DNA of 64,000 nt, from the sequence record OR352947.1; one strand, written 5' to 3'. Every line of letters starts with the position of its first letter. Position 1 is the first letter of the stretch. Source of the stretch: Escherichia phage AV117. Both the position numbers and the translations under genes were made by a program. Under the pieces are notes generated by a model. That model had not been told where the DNA came from. It saw nothing but the letters and a program-made list of their open reading frames with translations, and did no database searches. This document shows positions 60,933 to 64,000 of this stretch, in pieces.

Positions 60933-62076
60933 GGTCGTTTTCTATATCTGCTGCAGACGGAGCATCAGAAGTTTTAACCGGAACTTTAGTTGTGGCTTTG
61001 CAATTAATAAGGTCATTAACAGCGTCATCAACTTCTTTAATAGAAGAGATAGCACCTAGTTTATATTTAGTTTCAATTGCATCTCGGAAAGGTTTGTGTT
61101 TAAACAAAGGTCCCCAGAATTCTACACAATCAGTAGCTTTAGCACGCCATGATTTTTCTTCACGAATCATTTCGCCAGTTTCTTCGTCAAGGAATTCACG
61201 AGCATACCAACCAGCTTTAGGCTTAACTACAAAACCAATTTCAGTTGCCATTTCTAACAAGCCACTGAATGGGTCGATACCACCATCAAAATTAACAGTG
61301 ATTGGGAAAGTAGATTTTTCTTTAACGGTGCGAGATTTTTCTGCTTTCAACGTGAAGTCATAACCGGTCAATTCTGTACCTTCTTTAACCTGACGTTTAG
61401 AGATAAAAAATACCGTGTTGGCAGAATAAAGAATACCTGTACCACCACCCATAATCTCTTTAGGATACAATCCGCCGATTTCCATTGCTGTATGGTTGAT
61501 TGCAACACATGGAATATCTTTAATAGTCAGATAAGGAGTCACAATGCGGAACAGAGATTTAAGTGCCTTAGCACGAGACATATCACCTACAACTTTCTCG
61601 TTCAATGCATCTTCAGTTTCTTTCTTAGATGCAGTATTACCGATTGAATCGATAAAGATAATAACTTTATCACCGCGTTCAATCGCGTCAAGCTGATTAG
61701 TCATATCAACTTTAAGTTGTTCGACAGATTGAATCGGAGTATGAACTACACGGTCTAAATCAACACCCATTGAACGAAAATAAGATTCTGAAGCACCAAA
61801 TTCCGAATCATAGAACAAACAAATTGCATCTTTATATTTCTTCATATATGCTGCAACCATGGTCAGCCCAAACAACGTTTTAAAGTGTTTAGAAGGAGCA
61901 GCAAAAATAGTTAAGCCTGATTGCAACCCGGCATTCAGTGCACCACCTAATGCAATATTCAACATCGGAATACGAGTAGGGACTTCATCGCGATTATTAA
62001 ACAACTTAGACTTAGTCAAGTCTGCAGTCATTTTAGAAGTAGAAGCTTTAATCAGACGAGATTTTAAATCAGACAT
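60904..62076 (-). CDS. uvsX: UvsX recombinase (RecA-like)
   Basis: 390 aa; matches recalled T4 UvsX (MSDLKSRLIKASTSK...). Confidence 0.95.
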   Translation of the reverse strand: MSDLKSRLIKASTSKMTADLTKSKLFNNRDEVPTRIPMLNIALGGALNAGLQSGLTIFAAPSKHFKTLFGLTMVAAYMKKYKDAICLFYDSEFGASESYFRSMGVDLDRVVHTPIQSVEQLKVDMTNQLDAIERGDKVIIFIDSIGNTASKKETEDALNEKVVGDMSRAKALKSLFRIVTPYLTIKDIPCVAINHTAMEIGGLYPKEIMGGGTGILYSANTVFFISKRQVKEGTELTGYDFTLKAEKSRTVKEKSTFPITVNFDGGIDPFSGLLEMATEIGFVVKPKAGWYAREFLDEETGEMIREEKSWRAKATDCVEFWGPLFKHKPFRDAIETKYKLGAISSIKEVDDAVNDLINCKATTKVPVKTSDAPSAADIENDLDEMEDFDE

Positions 62077-62175
62077 TGTATTTTTCCATAGGCATCATTA
62101 TATTTTACTCATGTTTAAAAGATAAGACGATTATATACTAACGGTTATACAGCATTTAAAACTTTAAACAGGCTC

Positions 62176-62724
62176 TTAACGAGCCCATTTGATAATTTCT
62201 GTAATCAAATTATTACGTTCGCTTGCATTAAATCCTATAACTTTGTTAGCACCATCATGATTAAGTAATTGATACGTTTGGATTTTGTTATGAATTGCAA
62301 ACTCTTCAAAATATGAAATGACTGTATTAAAACCGAATGAAGACAAAGTAATAAGGTCGTCTTCAAAACTTTCAGTCATTTCGTTACGTGTTAAAATAAT
62401 TGTGAACACATCATGGTTTTGGCAAAGACGAACATAATCCTGTTCATAAACGTCAAGAACCGAGTCCACATCTTGTCGAATACGTCCATAAACCCAGTTA
62501 CTAATATATCCACGGTCTAACAGATAAATCTTAGTAGGGTCTAAATAATTCAACATCGTTTCGAAACAGCCAACTTCATTTCGAGACTTAACATCGAAAC
62601 GTCCATCAACTGTTCGTTTAGGGAAATCAATCTTTACATATCTTTCACTAATTTCCATTATGTCATTAATGAAAGTTGTTTTACCAGCATTATCCGGGCC
62701 ATCTACTAAAATAATTTTAGCCAT
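62176..62724 (-). CDS. P-loop nucleoside/nucleotide kinase-like protein (thymidylate-kinase-like fold signature)
   Basis: 182 aa; Walker A VDGPDNAGKTT and DRGYISNWVYG resembling the DRY..S..AYQ lid region of dNMP kinases. Confidence 0.6.
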   Translation of the reverse strand: MAKIILVDGPDNAGKTTFINDIMEISERYVKIDFPKRTVDGRFDVKSRNEVGCFETMLNYLDPTKIYLLDRGYISNWVYGRIRQDVDSVLDVYEQDYVRLCQNHDVFTIILTRNEMTESFEDDLITLSSFGFNTVISYFEEFAIHNKIQTYQLLNHDGANKVIGFNASERNNLITEIIKWAR

Positions 62725-62725
62725 T

Positions 62726-63625
62726 TTATTCCTCGATTACGACATCTTCATATTTAGGTATATTATACGGCGAAGAAATTAAAGCATTAAAGTAGATGAA
62801 CTCGCCAAGACCTGGATGGAATACTTCTTCAGGATTTTCGAAGTATTGAATCTTCGGACGTCCTTTAAGAATTTGATAGTACTCAGTTTTAGTTGGTTTA
62901 AAAATTCGAATCAGCGCTTCTTCAGGATACTTATTTCTGTCGAAGCTATTATTTGGATCGGTTATATAAAGCGGTTGACCTAATTGAATTGCACATTCAA
63001 CCACTTGTTCAAAACGATAGCACGGGTCACTAATTCGAAATGGATGAAAAATACCATCTAGATGAATAGGAGCCAAATCACCTACAAGACGCTGCATGAT
63101 GGAAGGACGTATAACTTTCTGCGTTACGATAATCTTATTACCATCTGCACCTGCGTTAACCAGCACTTCTTTTTGACGTTCATTCAACACAGTAGTTTGA
63201 AGTGAACGATTAACAGACAACATGTCGGTTTTTAAGAATTCGTCAATATAAAAACGTGGTTTATTAGGGTCTGCAGTGATATTGAAATTGAATTCTACGT
63301 CAAAAGTGCCGTCATATCCAGTGATATCTGTGATTAGAAAATCACAATCATAATAATCAATTAATGAATCAACCACAAATTCATTTTCAGACCAGAAATA
63401 TTTACGAGTGTTATATGCGTTATCTTTATACCATAATGGAACAAACTTAAATTCTGGGAAAAGTCGTTCACATTCTTTAATATCAGATGCATTACGTGGA
63501 TATGTAATCACATCACCCGGATTAGCACGGTGCAAATGAAGTTGGAAGTTGCCATCCTTAAGGATAGCATACTGTCCAGTTTCATAAGACCGCATACTCA
63601 AGATAGGTACGCGGAAAATAGCCAT
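62726..63625 (-). CDS. hypothetical protein (299 aa), no recognisable motif
   Basis: ORF track; abuts kinase-like ORF (stop 62726, next start 62724). Confidence 0.6.
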   Translation of the reverse strand: MAIFRVPILSMRSYETGQYAILKDGNFQLHLHRANPGDVITYPRNASDIKECERLFPEFKFVPLWYKDNAYNTRKYFWSENEFVVDSLIDYYDCDFLITDITGYDGTFDVEFNFNITADPNKPRFYIDEFLKTDMLSVNRSLQTTVLNERQKEVLVNAGADGNKIIVTQKVIRPSIMQRLVGDLAPIHLDGIFHPFRISDPCYRFEQVVECAIQLGQPLYITDPNNSFDRNKYPEEALIRIFKPTKTEYYQILKGRPKIQYFENPEEVFHPGLGEFIYFNALISSPYNIPKYEDVVIEE

Positions 63626-64000
63626 TAGTCAAGGAATCCTTTAACATAATCAAAATCACGTTCAAACACATGGGCACTTACCATGGTATGAGTATAATCA
63701 CCAACTTCTACACCACATTCTTTAGCGATATAATGAAGTAATTTTCCTTGGAGATAAAAATCCAACTGCATAACAACAGCACAGTTCTGAGAACGCATAT
63801 GGCAGTGGGTATAAAGCTTACCATCACGAATATAATAAGTCACTGAGTCAGTACATGGATATTCAAGTGTTTCGTCCGAATCAAGCAAAGCCTGATCTGA
63901 ACTTTCAAGAATTTGAAACACAACTCTTCGAGAGTTAGGTTTTTCTTTAAGTTCTTTTAGAAGAGTTGGTAACTGGGCCGCAATGCGAGGACCGTAGAAA
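63625..64000 (-). CDS. thymidylate-synthase-family pyrimidine hydroxymethylase (gene 42-like), C-terminal part; 5' end outside window
   Basis: Open frame continues past the GTG reported by ORF track to the window edge; motifs P.SRR, catalytic PCTD, YYIRD, MRSQN align with the TS/dCMP-hydroxymethylase fold. Confidence 0.6.
   Translation of the reverse strand, partial: FYGPRIAAQLPTLLKELKEKPNSRRVVFQILESSDQALLDSDETLEYPCTDSVTYYIRDGKLYTHCHMRSQNCAVVMQLDFYLQGKLLHYIAKECGVEVGDYTHTMVSAHVFERDFDYVKGFLD

Overview
This window is a contiguous segment of a T4-like (Tevenvirinae) myovirus genome with near-complete T4 synteny. Minus strand, left to right: rIII, gene 31, cd, pseT, alc, rnlA, denA, nrdB, nrdA, td, frd, 32, 59, 33, dsbA, rnh. 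Plus strand: the late long-tail-fiber operon 34-35-36-37-38 and holin t. Minus strand again: asiA, motA, 52, ndd, denB, rIIB, rIIA, 39, dexA, dda, srd, modA, modB, soc, 56, 61, 41, 40, uvsX. Assignments rest on my recall of T4 protein sequences and motifs; no database search was possible. Departures from T4 as I remember it: td and nrdB are uninterrupted, the topoisomerase large subunit is a single 605-aa ORF with no gene 60 split, and there is no dam between 56 and 61. A class I DAHP synthase sits between pseT and cd. A GT-B-like glycosyltransferase sits between rIIA.1 and 39. The uvsX to 42 interval, where T4 carries bgt, holds a P-loop kinase-like ORF and a 299-aa unknown ORF next to a thymidylate-synthase-family hydroxymethylase that runs off the window. 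This combination, with a 299-aa gp32, resembles what I recall of RB69-like phages, but I cannot verify it. Non-coding structure is rich: about a dozen UUCG-tetraloop hairpins at gene boundaries, late-promoter TATAAATA boxes, and more than 20 early-promoter-like GTTTAC/TATAAT elements on the minus strand, many with inverted repeats bracketing the -10 box. No tRNA, rRNA or CRISPR array was recognised.
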